64,000 nucleotides of DNA, from NCBI GenBank assembly GCA_051294905.1, contig CM119373.1, positions 4,714,001-4,778,000 of the forward strand, given 5' to 3'. The stretch is from Botryllus schlosseri. Taxonomy: Eukaryota. Positions 1-13,971 of this stretch are shown here, one piece after another. A program made the translations under genes and the position numbers. Position 1 is the first letter of the stretch. Every line of letters starts with the position of its first letter. The notes under the pieces were generated by a model. That model did not search any database. It saw only the letters and a program-made list of their open reading frames with translations, and was not told the DNA's origin.

Positions 1-278
1 GAATTTGCATATAGTCCGTGAGATATTATATTTGTGAATAAAGGTGAAATGACATGACTATTAGCGGTAACATATTATTGAAATCCGCCAGTCAAGTAAG
101 TGCGTCAATCGATGAAATAGTGGACGTGTCTACAAGCTGAGAGGTATTGTTTAGAACGGGGGCCATATTTCCGCATACAATGATTCGTTCATGCAACAGC
201 CCTGTTGCATTATTCACACGCATCGGATATTGTGATATGGTGATATGACGACTTTTAGAAATTCAGAGTTTCATTCAG

Positions 279-325
279 GTCATCGTTTCTCAAAGGGATG
301 CGAATATCAAAGAAAGCTTAACTTG
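279..325 (+). CDS. Pentraxin-like gene A, short Cys-containing exon (GHRFSKGCEYQRKLNL), phase 1 to 0; upstream signal exon not located
   Basis: tcattcAG acceptor (alternative in-frame acceptor at 267) and TTG|gtaagc donor; same phases and terminal Leu|gtaag as exon 16279-16334 of gene B. Confidence 0.5.
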
Positions 326-475
326 GTAAGCAGGTTAATTGCAAATATTGAATTTAATTTAAGATCCAATATCACTCTCCCGATCACAAAAGCTTCAAGA
401 AACTTGTATTTTCCATTGCCCGTTCTTCATTTACAAAACTCGGCAGATACATTTGACATGTATTTCCTGTTGCAG

Positions 476-485
476 GATCTTTCGG
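476..485 (+). CDS. Gene A candidate 10-nt micro-exon GATCTTTCGG (D-L-S plus 1 nt), phase 0 to 1
   Basis: tatttcctgttgcAG acceptor and gtgaga donor; bridges the phase-0 donor at 325 to the phase-1 acceptor at 3360. Confidence 0.45.
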
Positions 486-1565
486 GTGAGAATGTATTTG
501 CTTGCATCGATCCACAATAGCGGAATCCAGTATCCGAATGTATTGTTGACGATACCGAGTTGCTGAAACGCAACGAAATTCGTCGATTAAACATAAGTTA
601 CGGTGATGTATTATTGATATATTACCACTTCAAGCTAAACATTCGTATAATATACGATGTGCGTTACGGCTACGTCATATATGATCTGTGAGAAATGTTG
701 TTGCTTCAAGGTTTATTAGACATTCGTCTTGACGAATCGGCGGTATGCTTTCTTTTCTCGCCTATGCAGCTGATTTAACGCTTGGTTCAGATAGCACCCA
801 TACATATCAGTTTATTGTGTGGTACACTATACCTTGATAGTTTATTGATACGAACATAACATAAGATCCTTACGCGCAGGACTGCAGAACACGACTGACT
901 ATCGTCGGTTGCTCGACGCGTTAGAACACAATGTAGTAAGCCAGTAACTGTTATCAAGTAAAAATATTGTCCAATGACAATACAGATGACATTGAAAAGT
1001 GAATTTCTACTGAATTATGTGTACATGAAATTGACTTCTGCTCAAATTAAATATCGCATTGTTGTAATGTAAATAAGTAATCGAGATGTTTGACTATATC
1101 TTTCGCCACTACCCCAACTTTCCCAGTCTTATCAGTTTGAAATCTTTTCAATCTAATGTTCAAGAGGAGTGCAGTTATACCCAATCCTATATGCTATGTA
1201 AAGACCGATTTCAATACATTAATCATGACAAGATGATTTCACTGTTCTGACTGAGACTTAATAACAATCTTGTTCAAAGCAAATGATCAAATTTGTGATG
1301 ACAACGATTTTACTAACAATATTGTCCATGTGCCTATATGTATGGATAACGATACATTGTTATATTCGACATCACACCCTCCGTAGGTTGTATGGTATTT
1401 TATCAAGAACATATAATGAAGAATGATTCCAATTTCATAACTTCACTGCCGCCGCATATGTAATATATATATATACATGATGTGACGCCAAGCCTCACAT
1501 GGTATGAATACTCTTCGTCAGAGTCAAAGACAACGATATTAGTTATTATTTTCAATGGAATGAAG

Positions 1566-2977
1566 CAGGGCTATGAAGCAGCCGTAAATTTTAAGTGCTC
1601 GAGCTCCAGCTCCGGAGCTTTCTTCTATCATAGATTAGCTGAAGCTCCAGCTCCGGAGCCGCATTATTACCACTGCTCCGGCTTCGGCTCCGGCTCTGAA
1701 AATTATCGAATGGGTCTGTCTATATAAGGGGTGACCAAGCCGCGGCCCGCGGGCTGGATGTGGCCCGCGAGGTAATTTCCTATTATATCATCGAAGTCCT
1801 GCTATATTATCGAAAATGAATTGCTGTGTGAACTTGCAAGGCCAACCAAACATTACAAGTCTTGCTGCGACACTTTGGATGTTGATGACTAAAATATCAG
1901 TTCCGACGCATTGGCAGATTACAATTAAATAGTATATTCATATTGAAATGAACCCGAATATTTTCGGCTGACACTCGTCAGGAGTAATCGTCAGCAACTA
2001 GTAGAGAATTGGAAAGAACATTGTATATCAACAATCGTATCACAAAATATGACAGATTAGTAAATCGTCGTAGGCCTACATTACAATAAACTAAAATAGT
2101 ATTGAAATTTTTCTTCACGCTTCGCGTATTTATTTGTCACACGATTTCTTGCTTAGTAGCCTATAGGTATACGCTCTCCTGAAAATGAAAAAAATCGCCT
2201 AATTTACTCGATTGAGTCAAACTGTATTCGCAATATCGGGAGAAAGTATTTTCGCGTTTGCGCTCGCGGAAAGATCGTCGACGATGAAATGTAGGCACAA
2301 AATGATTGTCGCATATTACCGGAAACCTTCGATATCGATGTATCCAGACGCCGAATAGTCGTGTCCTTGCAAACTGAGCCCAGCGGGCGTTATAATAGAC
2401 CCGCAATATACTCAAGTAATAATATTATTGACCTAGTTCATTTTTGAACTTTGAAAATTTTACCCGATTATCGCAGCTAGTGGACCGCGCACTCGTCCGT
2501 CACTTGCATGTGCCCCTTTAGCGGAAAAAGTTGGCCATCCCTGGTCTATATAGATTACTAATCTACCCATAGGTTAGTTATCTATAGTAATCTAGAGTCT
2601 GTCATCCGTCAGTAACATCGGATGCAGCAACGAAGACATAGGTGCCGCCGTGCCGGCTTGTGGGGTCATAATGAATATTGTCAATTGTCAATAACATCAT
2701 AGTTGCACTAGAACGCACTTTACTCCATGCCTTAGCTGTGCAAAGCCGCAAAATTCAGGCCTGCTGTTAAATTATGTGAAATCAGCAGATATGGTTGTTG
2801 CATATATAATAGAATCTTATAAAATACGTCGGAGCCGGAGCTACTCCTCAAATAACGGGCTCCAGCTCCGGATACGGCTGAATTTTATCTAAAACTCCGG
2901 CTCCGGCTTCAGCTCCGGTGAAAATGCACGGCTCCGGGGCGCCAGCTCCTTGCTCCGGCTCCGGCTCCAAAGCCCTG
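1566..2977. mobile_element. Non-autonomous hAT-type element with GGCTCC subterminal repeats
   Basis: CAGGGC...GCCCTG termini; perfect 8-bp TSD GAATGAAG (1558-1565, 2978-2985); right end recurs at about 28880-29107. Confidence 0.85.
1726..2543. mobile_element. hAT/Buster-like MITE nested in 1566-2977
   Basis: (A)AGGGGTGACCAA...TTGGCCATCCCTG termini; TSD GTCTATAT on both sides; related in opposite orientation to 32920-33644. Confidence 0.85.
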
Positions 2978-3359
2978 GAATGAAGTTACCACAGCGTCTT
3001 TATTTGACGTTTGTTTTTCAGTTTCCGATTCGCTCATTGATTCCCAAATAACTACTTATATCGTTGAATATGTGATATCGTGCAACGGCAATTTGTTACC
3101 TGAGTTTAATATATTATTCTGAAAATTGATTTGACTTATTTTGTAACCGCTATATGTCCGTGTTTTTGTGAAACCGTCTTTTATGATCTTAGTGTTTCTA
3201 CATTATTCCGTGATACAATGTCATTGACCGTGGTGCAAAAGACCGTCAGGCGATAAGAGCCCATTTTCACAACAGCAACATTTGACGTCTGTATAACTGA
3301 CGAAGTACTCTGTTGAATATGCAATGGCCGTTAACTTGATCCATGTTTTTACACCACAG

Positions 3360-3539
3360 ACGAAAATACCATGACACAACTAATAGAATTTCTACAAAGT
3401 CAGAATGATTCAATTACTTCCATCGAAACTAATGTTATCAAGGATAAGCCGCCAACAGCAACAACGACTACCACCTCGCTTTCGACAACGATGGTTTACA
3501 ATTTGACATCTCCGACGCCGCAGAGCACAAATGGATCAG
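3360..3539 (+). CDS. Gene A 180-nt exon: amphipathic segment plus Thr/Ser-rich linker
   Basis: caccacAG acceptor and TCA G|gtgact donor; phase 1-1; same length and phase as gene B exon 21593-21772; splices in frame to 4914. Confidence 0.75.
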
Positions 3540-4913
3540 GTGACTTGGACAACTGTAAAATTCAATTGAGTCTCCACGACATATTATTACGGAATTGATC
3601 CTCAATATTGGCAGGTTAATTCGTTTTCATGCTCAGAGGTTGAGTTGAGAGCCATAGGATGAGACTCAAGGAAGAGTAAACGTGGTTCCCGAACATTAAA
3701 TGCACTTACAAGTAGAGAAGTAAAATGTTTGGATCAGATCAAAACTACTTGGAGTAGAAGTAGCATACGTTGGGTCTGGAATTTAGTATACAAGTAATCA
3801 GATCGACATCGTTGATGAAGACATGGCTTGGCAGACTTTGTTTACTCAAATACTTGCGGAAGGTATCTTTTTTACATTAGGCTTCGTTGCGACAAAACGG
3901 GAGAATGAATGCGGACAGTATTTTTATCTCAATTTCATTGAGATACGAGGATGTTTCTTTAATTTCCAATTGAAAAAAGTTGATTGGATTCAGAAGAACC
4001 TAAGGATGAATTATAAGTAGATTCATATAGTCAAGTGGTTACAGTCAACTTGAACCCTTGGAAAACTTATAATACTGCGTTTATGAAGACCACTGCTCAT
4101 GGCAAATTAAAATTGACTGCATTTTGTGCCACGTACTATATTGCAATAGTTCGCTTCTCATCACGTCGTTGGTCCTAACGAAAGTCAATGCGATCGTACA
4201 CCAATTCAGAATGCGAATAACCAGACTATCACAGCTTACAATAGGATTGAATCATGATACTTAATGGCGCGGATAAACAATAGTAAAATAGCGGGATCTA
4301 TATTTATCGCGTTTGTATAGTCACTCGTATAGTGATGAAAATCCCTCCAAACGCACATTTAACTTGACGAAATTCAGCAAAAAATGAACTGAGCCGTTTT
4401 GCTGCTATAGCTGCCGAAGTAGAAGTAGAAGAAGTCGAAAAGTACTGACACATTGTTAAGTAGTACGAGTGAAATAAACCGCATTGGGCACAAATAAAAT
4501 GTTCAACTACTTTGTCATTCAACACCTAGGGTTAAATAGGTCGGCTTCCCACGTAAAAAGAACCACGCAGTCTCCTGTGGTATACCATACGTCCTATTGG
4601 ATTACCAGGCTTATAGGTTATCTATCTTTAAACACTGCAAATTTTTGATGAATGTCAGTCACATTGAACCACTGTTTATATAGCCCCGCAGATCCGTCAC
4701 TTGCTGGGAAACCAAATTGAAAAGATCCGTAAAATGTATCTTTTAGCTCATCCATAGTGTTGGAACCATGCACTATTTTGCAAGGTGACAATTATTTGGA
4801 TATGAAATATACTAACGATTCAAATTCGGCTAACCTACTATGATTCGGAAACGAAGAAGATTAATGATTTTACAGATGATTTCTTCAAGTAATCGATATA
4901 ATTTATACTACAG

Positions 4914-5677
4914 CATGCAATATATCTCGTTTCACCTTCAAGAATGCATCTCATCTCGACTACGTCAGATACGAAGGTTCAATACCACATATGACGTCAT
5001 TCACATTTTGCTTCTGGATACGATTGACGGATGATACGGATAAGAAAATGGCAATTGTGAGCTATTGTGTATCCGGCGATCCCAGCTGCAATACCTTCGT
5101 GGTTTGGCTGAAAAATAAACGCGTGATAGTGAATTACAATTCGAAGACATCATCGGGGAACTTTTCTTACGGAAACTCGAACGGTATCACAAACCCATAC
5201 ATGTACCGTACGCACATTTGCATCGTGAAATCAAGAGACTCATTGAGTTTGCGCATCAACGCATCCGAGCATACTTGGCAGAATTCCCTACCTGAACCAT
5301 TGGAAGGGGGTGGCGTCTTAATCTTGGGTCAAAATTTAGATGGTAAAAAACAGGACGAGTCTTCGCTGACGCCGTGGCATTCTGAACAAGGATTTCGAGG
5401 AGATGTAGAGGGATTCCAACTCTGGAATGATTCTTTGAGTTGTGACGAAATTGAAGCTATATACCAGGCCGGAAAATTGAATTCCGCCGTCGACGCAGAG
5501 CTGATTATAACACTAAACAAGTCGAATTCGGTTGTAACAGAAGACGTAATCGCAAATTGGAGTGCTACATGCCTAAAACCTTATTCTACTACTGCAATCG
5601 ACTGCAAAAAGTCATACAACACCAACATATCAAATTGGAAACAGAGCAACAAATCAGGATTTCGGTACGGGGTTTGA
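4914..5677 (+). CDS. Gene A terminal exon: pentraxin (concanavalin/LamG-like) domain
   Basis: tactacAG acceptor in phase 1; motifs RFTFKNASHLDYV, SFTFCFWIR, IVSY, HIC, GGGVLILGQ, FRGDVEGFQLWNDSLSCDEI; stop TGA at 5675-5677. Confidence 0.9.
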
Positions 5678-5760
5678 GTGCCAAAACTGTTTGTAGATAG
5701 CCTACTTGCTTATAAAATGGAGCGTGTTCAGTACCTTTTAAATTTGTGGCATACCGTATT

Positions 5761-6154
5761 TAGGCTTACCATACGTCCTCTTTTAAAAGGATTTGTCCTC
5801 TTTTTTGAATTTTTTGAAAGTGTCCTCGGAGGACGGCCTTTTGTCCTCTTTTTTGAGATTTTTTCCTCTTTTGTGAAAATTTTGGTCAGATGTAGAGCAA
5901 AATGAGAGTGATATGCGTAAAGTAGTACAGAAGTGACGCTCCGGAGGGTATTCCGGAGCGAAAAACGCTATTTTGAGCTCTGAGCGAGAAGATGACTTTT
6001 TTCTCTGAGCGGAGAGTTGACCTTTTTTTTTTAGTCAACCGATCACAAAGTGGGTAAAAATTCACCGATTTTTGAGAATTCTTATCCGGTTTTGCAAGTC
6101 TCAAATTTCTGAACAAGTCTCCTCTTTTAAGATTTCCAAAATATGGTAGGCCTA
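5761..6154. mobile_element. hAT-type MITE (TAGG termini) in the 3' flank of gene A
   Basis: TAGGCTTACCATA...TATGGTAGGCCTA termini; TSD ACCGTATT; second copy inverted at 37824-38237. Confidence 0.85.
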
Positions 6155-7775
6155 ACCGTATTCCACGTTTTTATGGTTGGGACTTACTTCTGTTTCAACA
6201 ATGCTCCGTACCCCAATTGTTACAGCAGCCCTTCCCAACACTAATAGCACCTCCTCCCAAGGGATGAACTACACGAGCTCTCATAAAAATCTTAAACAAT
6301 TATTATACATTGAGATTATTACCGCACTCATGACTATCTCCAGACGCCAGAGCTATGCTATATGTGTAGCAACGATTGTGGCAATCGCGCACAGTGACAC
6401 CTGTATCGTAAAAGTATGAGACGTAAATGTGATCGAGTACTGTTTCGATATAGTAACTACAATATTCGCATCTTTCGTATTTATTTATTTCGGTCAGTTG
6501 TGACTTCAACTCGAGTGATTGGATTTCTTGTTATTGTTAGGGTTTATCTTCTCATTTTGTTTGAAAAATACCTATTCGCGTGCCGAATGAATCTCTCCGG
6601 AAGAACGTTTCAATTCCCTGCTTTAAATACTGTAGCGTTGTTGCAGTTCTGTGTTTGTGTGTTGTAATCAGTCGCGAAACAACACTTTGTCTGCTCCCAT
6701 CCCACCCAAAACACCGCTAGTCCGGCGCCCCCCATAGGATGATAAAGGCAACGTCGGGGGGCTTACCATACACATTTTGTTTCTAGTCACACCTGGCGCG
6801 AAAGAATGTTCAATTTCGTGATATAATTCTGTCAATAATATTGGTTTTTCCATATAATCATATTAAATTTTTATCCTCTCCGCCCGCGTGATCAGTGATC
6901 ACAGTTCGCGGTAGATCTGGTGGAGGTAAGGACTTCAAACATGCATGGGACTTGCACATTGTTAAGTCATGTTGATCTCACACAGGTAAGACTATTTCTG
7001 AGCCGAAATAACAATCCGCAGCAGTGGCAGGTTGCAGGTTGCATATCTGGTGGCTCCCAACTCTTTATGGTCTCGGTTCCATTCCTAATTTGACAATGTT
7101 CAGTGGCCCCCCTCAAAATTGGGTATGATGATTATTGGAAAAGGTATTAACGCCTTTGCCCAGACCGACTCATGGCCTATTTTGGAGGCTGATTACGCTC
7201 AACATCATTGTGATCCCTAGAAGAAAGGCAAACGACCCCGCGGTTTAGAAACACTGTCCTTAACTTAAGCCTCCAAACAACCTTTAGCCAACACCGTTCC
7301 CTTATAATTGCAATTACGTTTAGACTTATTCAATAACTTGTGTTTATTTAATTTATTTTTGATTGTGTTTGTAACGAGCGCGAGGGTACCCACATTAGGA
7401 ATGCAGTATATATGACACAGAGTCGCGCGCATCAGCAAGAATAAATTCAAGTTGCATAAATCTGCCCCAAAATATGATTTTGTTTATGTTGATTTAAGAA
7501 AAATTTGAATATCCCTTCAAGCGCCCAAAATCAGGGACATTTAAGCTCATTTTGGCATTTCCGCAGGACGCAGTTTCAAGACTGAAATTCCGAACATGTC
7601 TGGTAAAATCCGGTCGTGTGGCAGCCCTAATTTAGGGATGAACGTTAAAACAAAATGGAAACCACAGTCACGGAATCTAAGCGCTGCCCCAAATATATTA
7701 AGAATTTTGAAGTTCGAATGAAATAGTCGTATTTCAGTTTTACAGTGAACTAATACCATACTCGAGTCTCTACAC

Positions 7776-9304
7776 CAGTGGTTCGCAACCTTTTTCGACT
7801 CATTGCTTCCATATCCAGCTTGACACAAATTTTGTGGTCTGATTCTTGCAGATGCTATACGCGATTATGAGAAATCTACGCTCGCCTTCATTCGCCACCT
7901 ACGTAACCAGATTTTAAATTACAATTACTAGTACACAAAATATTTATTTGCAGTACATTGATCAGGGTTGTAATGACTCGAGTCATGACTCGACTCGAGT
8001 CCTACACTCGAGTAACGATTTTCTGATGACTCGAATTGATTCGAGTCATTTTGTCAAAATATGGAAATGACTCGACTCGTATTGACTCGACTTGGACTCG
8101 AGCCATTGCGCATGACTCGAACCAAGTCATATGGCTCGAAACTCAGACGGCTAAGACCGACATTTCATTGTAATTTCGAAGAATAGTAAAGTAACCACCC
8201 TATTGGTATTTCGTCTATTGGAACTGGTACTTGAAAATGAAACCAGAAACTGCTAAAAGTGAAGAAAATCATTATAATATAAATGCACACCATTGGATAT
8301 CACGAAACAGAGTTATAAAAAGAGGGTTAAACATCAATTTAACTGGCAACTGAGCAGTCAACACAATGACTGGTACTCGGACTTGAGTCATAATACCATG
8401 ACTCGGACTCGACCCTCTGCTCGAAGACTTGGACTCGAACTTGACTCGGTAGTGAATTGAGAATGACTCGACTTGACTCGAGTCAAAACTAAAAGTGAGA
8501 TCGGCTTGTGTGACTCGGAGCCTAGTTACTTGGTTACAGCCCTGACATTGATAAATATATATATATTAATATTCCAACAGAACAGATTTATCTATCAATG
8601 TACTGCCAATAAATTTTCAGGGGTAAGGCGAAACCTCGAAATATGTAAAATGGTTGCTAAGCTAGTTGGTATTTTGTCTTAAATTAGAGAAATCACGAGG
8701 CACTTTCGCTTCATAACTGGAAAAAACTTCAAGAACCACGTAGACCCAATGGCCGTCTGAGATGGAATATTCTACTGCGCAAACTCGTTTTAATTGCCAA
8801 ATTGCCTACTGACAAACATATTACTGTTTATAGATGTTTTGGTGGGGTATTAAAATTTTGGCATAAATCCACTTCTCATGTGATATACATAACCGTTATT
8901 CCAGAATAACTTCCAAATGAGCTGCTGGATATAGAAATCAGTAGGCTGAGCGTTATATTGATGCCACATATGACGCGATGACGCATTAATGCGTCATCGT
9001 AAGCGTTACGTGTATTCGCCACCAAATATCTTTGTAGAAATGGATTTTCGGCAATCGTTCATATGAAATCGACAGCGCGGATTTTCAAGACACGGCCGTC
9101 TAGCCTATTTAAAGAAATGCTGCTACAGAATTCGCTTTGAAAATATAGAAAATCTTCTCAATTTTCTACATAAGTAGTATGATCCTATTTTAAAGAAAAT
9201 TGCACGATAAATATGAACTGAAGCTATGTTTGTGTGAGGTGGGGGAGGGGGGTCCGTGACAGTTCAAAGATGGTCCGCGAAGACAAAAAGATTGAGAACT
9301 GTTG
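7776..9304. mobile_element. Older hAT-type element (CAGTGG terminus), family shared with 56521-57331
   Basis: CAGTGGTTCGCAACC left end and degenerate ATTGAGAACTGTTG right end; 8700-9300 is reverse-complement similar to 56521-57250; TSD not clear. Confidence 0.5.
7963..8544. mobile_element. hAT-type MITE with GACTC(GA) subterminal arrays
   Basis: CAGGGTTGTAA...TTACAGCCCTG termini; TSD ACATTGAT. Confidence 0.85.
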
Positions 9305-10129
9305 CAGCATATGGAGGTCACGAAATAGCATCGTAACGAACTCATTATACCAACGGGTCCGCCCGAAGATGTTTAATTATTATTTAGGGATCCTATCTTT
9401 TCCAACACACACACACCTCATTCAGCTCTATTACCGGTAAATCTGACGTGAACAGTAGGAGGATGGAAAATTTATAGGAATACATATGCAATTCCCGATG
9501 ATATTGTATGATTCAACCATGAATAATGTATTTGTAGAAGTTTTTCGCGCCTGGCGCGTTTAGGCGATATCAGCTAATACACCTACTACCAATGTAGTGA
9601 CAACTAGCGGCAAAAAGCGTAGCCTATAAACTCCAGATATGGGAAAAGTGCGGCCGGCGGGCCTAATTCGGCCCGCGGAGCTATTCTGTGCGTCCCTGTG
9701 AAAGATTGCTTGAAATTCAAAACAGAAAACTTGCGCTTTGAATGTTGATTCGGTGACTAGAACCATAGGGTATAGGCTGTATCAACTGAACGGGAACTAA
9801 GCCTGTTCATTAATTCGCGTAGATTACGCTGCCTGCGTACCTTGCATGCGTACTCCAGATTCGAAATAAAGTAAATGTAGCAAACTATGAGTAGCAATAG
9901 AAGTCACAAAAAATTACTCTTTCCACATAGTTTAGTTCAAACCGTCTTTGTAGCCATTGTCACATACGCATTATACGTTCTGTGTTTCAAATTTTTAAGG
10001 GATACGTTTCCAAATCCCTAATTCGTAAAACAAGTCACTCAGTGCCCGCGATTACTATATGACTCATCATATCTATCACCGATAAAGGATCAACGGGCAT
10101 GTCAAAGAAAGGATGCCGAAAGCATAAAT

Positions 10130-11093
10130 CAGTGTTGGGATCAAGTCACTACCTTCGAGTCACGAGTCATCTCGAGTCATTGCACATTTTGACTCGAGTC
10201 AAGTCAAGTCAATCGATTTTCGAAAGTGACTCGAGTCAAGTCAAGTCACTCGATTTTTGGAGGTGACTCGAGTCAAGTCGAGTCAAGTCGAGTCAAGTCA
10301 CGAGTCAAGTCACAATTCAAGTCATGTTGCCTTTTTGAAGTATGAGACATGATTACGTCATTGCATTTTGCTAGCTGTCTGAAATACAGATTGAGTGGTC
10401 ATTGATTCTAAACCAATGAGCGAATATAGAGTCAAATATACAAGCAAGAAGGCGCTGTATCGCTCACATATACGTAGAACTGCTAAACTACGTAAGTAAT
10501 TGCACAGCCTCAGTTTATAGTTACCAGCCAAAATAGAGAATAGCGAAACGAATTGATAATATGCAATACATTACCTATTTACTAATTGATATGATACAAT
10601 TCAAGCCTACGCTAATAGTTGAGGCTTTATTAACTATATTTTAATTCAATTTCAATAAAATAAGAGGTTTGATTAAAGAAAGAACAGAGAACAGAAATAT
10701 ACATTTTGCTATTAAACTACTTTACTGTACTAGTTCACGACAACGTAATCTGTAAGTTTCGGTCACTTCGTTTGCGGTCAATTTATTTGTCAGAGAACAA
10801 TGGAGGTTCAGTAAAGCGCACGATCACTGAAAGATTGGTCGCTCCCACGGGTTACACCAGCATTTAGCGAACAGTCCGACCATATGCAAGATACAGGGAT
10901 TTTTATCGACACCGATTACTTGATGACTTGAAATTGACTCGTGAATTTTGCTCCGAGTCACGAGTCAATCCACATTTTTGATACGCCGAGTCAAGTCAAG
11001 TCAAGTCATTTTAGCAAAGTGACTCGAGTCAAGTCAAGTCATACGAAAAAGGTGACTCGAGTCTGAGTCATGACTCGAGTCATCCCAACACTG
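10130..11093. mobile_element. hAT-type MITE with GAGTC/AAGTC subterminal arrays
   Basis: CAGTGTTGGGAT...ATCCCAACACTG termini; TSD GCATAAAT. Confidence 0.88.
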
Positions 11094-13928
11094 GCATAAA
11101 TTCAAAGAAGGTTTAGAGCACTAAATAGGCTATTTGTGTTCCGAGGGCAGAGCTAAACCTTTTAGTTTGTGCCGAGCATGTCGCCGAGATTAAGGATTTT
11201 AATTAAAGTCGGTCTTATGACAAAAACATGAAGACAGACAGGTCAAGGTAAGACGAATTACAAAAAAAACTGCAAGCTTCGCTCAACATCATGGCCATTT
11301 AGGTTGCGCATTGCTCGGAAGGCAGCGACCAAGACTATAAACTTATTTGTACGATCCGAAATACATTTCGATGCACTGCTTCTCGAACCTGGGGCGTGAA
11401 AGCATATGAAAGGAGCGCGAAACCGAGTTTAGATGAAAAATAAATTCGCGGGTTCGTGCGATTTACCCACAGCTCATAGTTATTTCTTTGTGTATTGCCA
11501 GACTTTGATATTTCAGAATTCCCTCATCAACAGCCAGCACCTTCCATGCCATCAAACTATCCTTTGAGAGTGCTAGGATTTTTTTTCCCTTTTTAATATT
11601 TTGTGATATCATGATAAAGGGGGCGCGAACTTTTTCACTATCATAGAGGGTGGCTTGCCTAAAAAAGTTTTAGAACAACTAATTGTAGAACGTGGATACA
11701 GGTTTAAAGAGAGCTGAATATATCATGTTTAACATTGTTTCGAATCATGACGGCAGATAGATATTTTTCTAATTAACCGTCACTTTCTCATTACCTAACA
11801 TCGACACATTCACTGAGCAGCCTTTATTAACAATGTATTTCAGAAATAAAATCAAAATACGATGGAGAGTATCGCTTAAGTTTTTCACTCGGTTCGCCAA
11901 CGTATTTTCCACTTCTCATTTGGCCCCCGGATAATAATTGCCCACCCCTGCTGTGGGGATCTTGGGGGGGCAAAGTACCCCAGAATTTCGGCTTATCACC
12001 TTAGGACGGGCACAAGACCAACGTTTTGGGGAATGGCTAACGATGTACTGTTACGGTATTGCTTTTGATCCACGGCTGACGATGAGGTCCGATACGTATC
12101 TTGGCCGTCGGAGGATATCATATGGTCCAAGAAGAAAGGTTTGCTAACTGAAACAAGATACTGTATCATCCTGTCCGGGGGAGAGTTGTTTGACAGACTA
12201 GTGGAGACTGCTGTAGCAGTCGCTAGTGGCGATGTGTTTGACATGTCAAAAAAAGTTAAAATTTGGTCTCAATTTTAGCGTTAGGTAAAAATATTGTCAG
12301 AATTGTAAAGACAAAATTTATTTGAAACCTACATTTCGTTTGTATCGTAGGATGTTTGCACTGTCGGTGAACGTATCATTTGACAGCTTACAGATCGTAG
12401 CCTACTTTATAGGCCTACAGTTGTAGACGGCTCATTGTAAATACATGAAAAAATGTGAGTTTTTAGGTCGAAAAAGTTTTTTCATGTCCAACTACATCGT
12501 AGGGACAGACAGTTCCTACCAGAAATGAATATAAGTGGTACAATTATAACATTATGACTGAAAACACCTAATTTACACACATGAGGACAAAATTTTGTCA
12601 AAGTTAAATTTTTTAGGGCGGAAAAATTGTCAAATTTTTTCATTTTTTAGGTCAAATCTTACATTTTCAGGTAAAAAATCGCGCTATTAATAAGTGTTTC
12701 TGGTTGACTGTTACAGCCCAGACGAAGTCCTATCTCTCAAGATTTGTATTGCTTTCTAGAATTACGAGAAGCTAAATAAGTTGACACTCGGTGCGGAGTT
12801 TTCAAGAAGACCATTGTATGCAATATCATAATGCTCAAAAATATAGTGAAAATATCTGTGGCGGCTCTGCTATACAAAGTGTGGATGCGCCGTGCGTTGC
12901 TTTCGAGCGGTGGTTCAATAGCCTCTGTTATGCGGTGAAACAGAATCGTGTCTGTGGAAACCCTATTGCTAACTTGATAATAATGATCCAGTTTCTAAGA
13001 TTCCGTTGTTCCAATTATACCTCTGGTATTGCTCGAAATAAGTATTCAACATAGCGCTGCATTGCAAAGGGAGCATAGAAATGTGCCAATGTCTATCGAC
13101 GTGACCCGCAAGATACAGAGCCACTGTTTTATTGGTTTATATTTATGTATTCAATCAGCCAATAATTGATTCAAATATACGTTGTTTTCGTTTCAATAGA
13201 AAACGAAGTATGGTTGTGGAAGGAACATATATTGGCATGATTTCACTGGTCCGATCTGCGAGCGATCGAAAGGTTTGAATTCGGCCCGCGACCCAATTTC
13301 AGTTTGGGATCCTGTTGATATAAGTCTTGACTGGAGATCGTATTGAATCTGAATATAATTCGACAGTGGACTCCTGCAACATGCGGCACCTTCACAGTCA
13401 AGTCTTTTCCCGCGTATTATTGACGATATCAGGATAAAAACAAATTATGATTTCATCTGTTGGTACATTAGATACAGTATCTACACGTATTTCCTTTCCT
13501 ATAGATTTCAACCGTACCAAGCTTTTTGTTTAGGCCGGAAGAAGAAATAAGAGGAATAAATCTGTACTGTACTGTATCTGTACTATACTGCGTGCGCAGT
13601 ATTATTGTAATTGAGGCATCTTGCAATTTGAGCTTTACGGTATTTAAAGTGGCTAAACCAGGACTTTCCTCAGGTGTGATGAGTTGGTATTTTCAGTTTT
13701 GAGAGTAGTATTAAATACGTAGGCCATTGAGGAAGTTCTGCGTGGGTGTATAATCTAAAGTAGCGATTCACGTCACGCCTGTTAAAACGGCAATAAAGGT
13801 TAAACTTTGAAACCGATCGTTACCTGGTGGCATATCGTACACATCATATGAGGAAACGACTCTTTTGCAGAGTTTGTTCTCTGCAGGTCTGCATTATCAG
13901 CGTACCATTCCAGAAAATAATAATATCG

Positions 13929-13971
13929 ATGGACAGGTATGGACTTCTAGCGCTCTTACTGTATTCTACAG
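13929..13971 (+). CDS. Pentraxin-like gene B, first coding exon, signal peptide MDRYGLLALLLYST
   Basis: ATG at 13929 after a ttctctgcAG acceptor (13885-13886); ACA G|gtaaga donor, phase 1; continues as GFICLTLS in the next exon. Confidence 0.65.

Noticed and set aside
54..101. MTISGNILLKSASQ|gtaagt as the first coding exon of gene A
   Set aside because: It ends in phase 0, which does not fit the phase-1 acceptors at 267 or 279, and it is a poor signal peptide
1482..1727. ORF with SSSSG/APAP repeats (also 28970-29287)
   Set aside because: It is a translation of GGCTCC subterminal repeats of a MITE
4991..5677. Treating the ORF-track starts (4991, 23971) as true starts of single-exon genes
   Set aside because: Pentraxin homology extends upstream to phase-1 splice acceptors at 4914 and 23891
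10150..10325. GAGTC/AAGTC arrays (also 7975-8130) as replication iterons or satellites
   Set aside because: They lie just inside TIRs of elements with 8-bp TSDs and fit subterminal transposase-binding repeats
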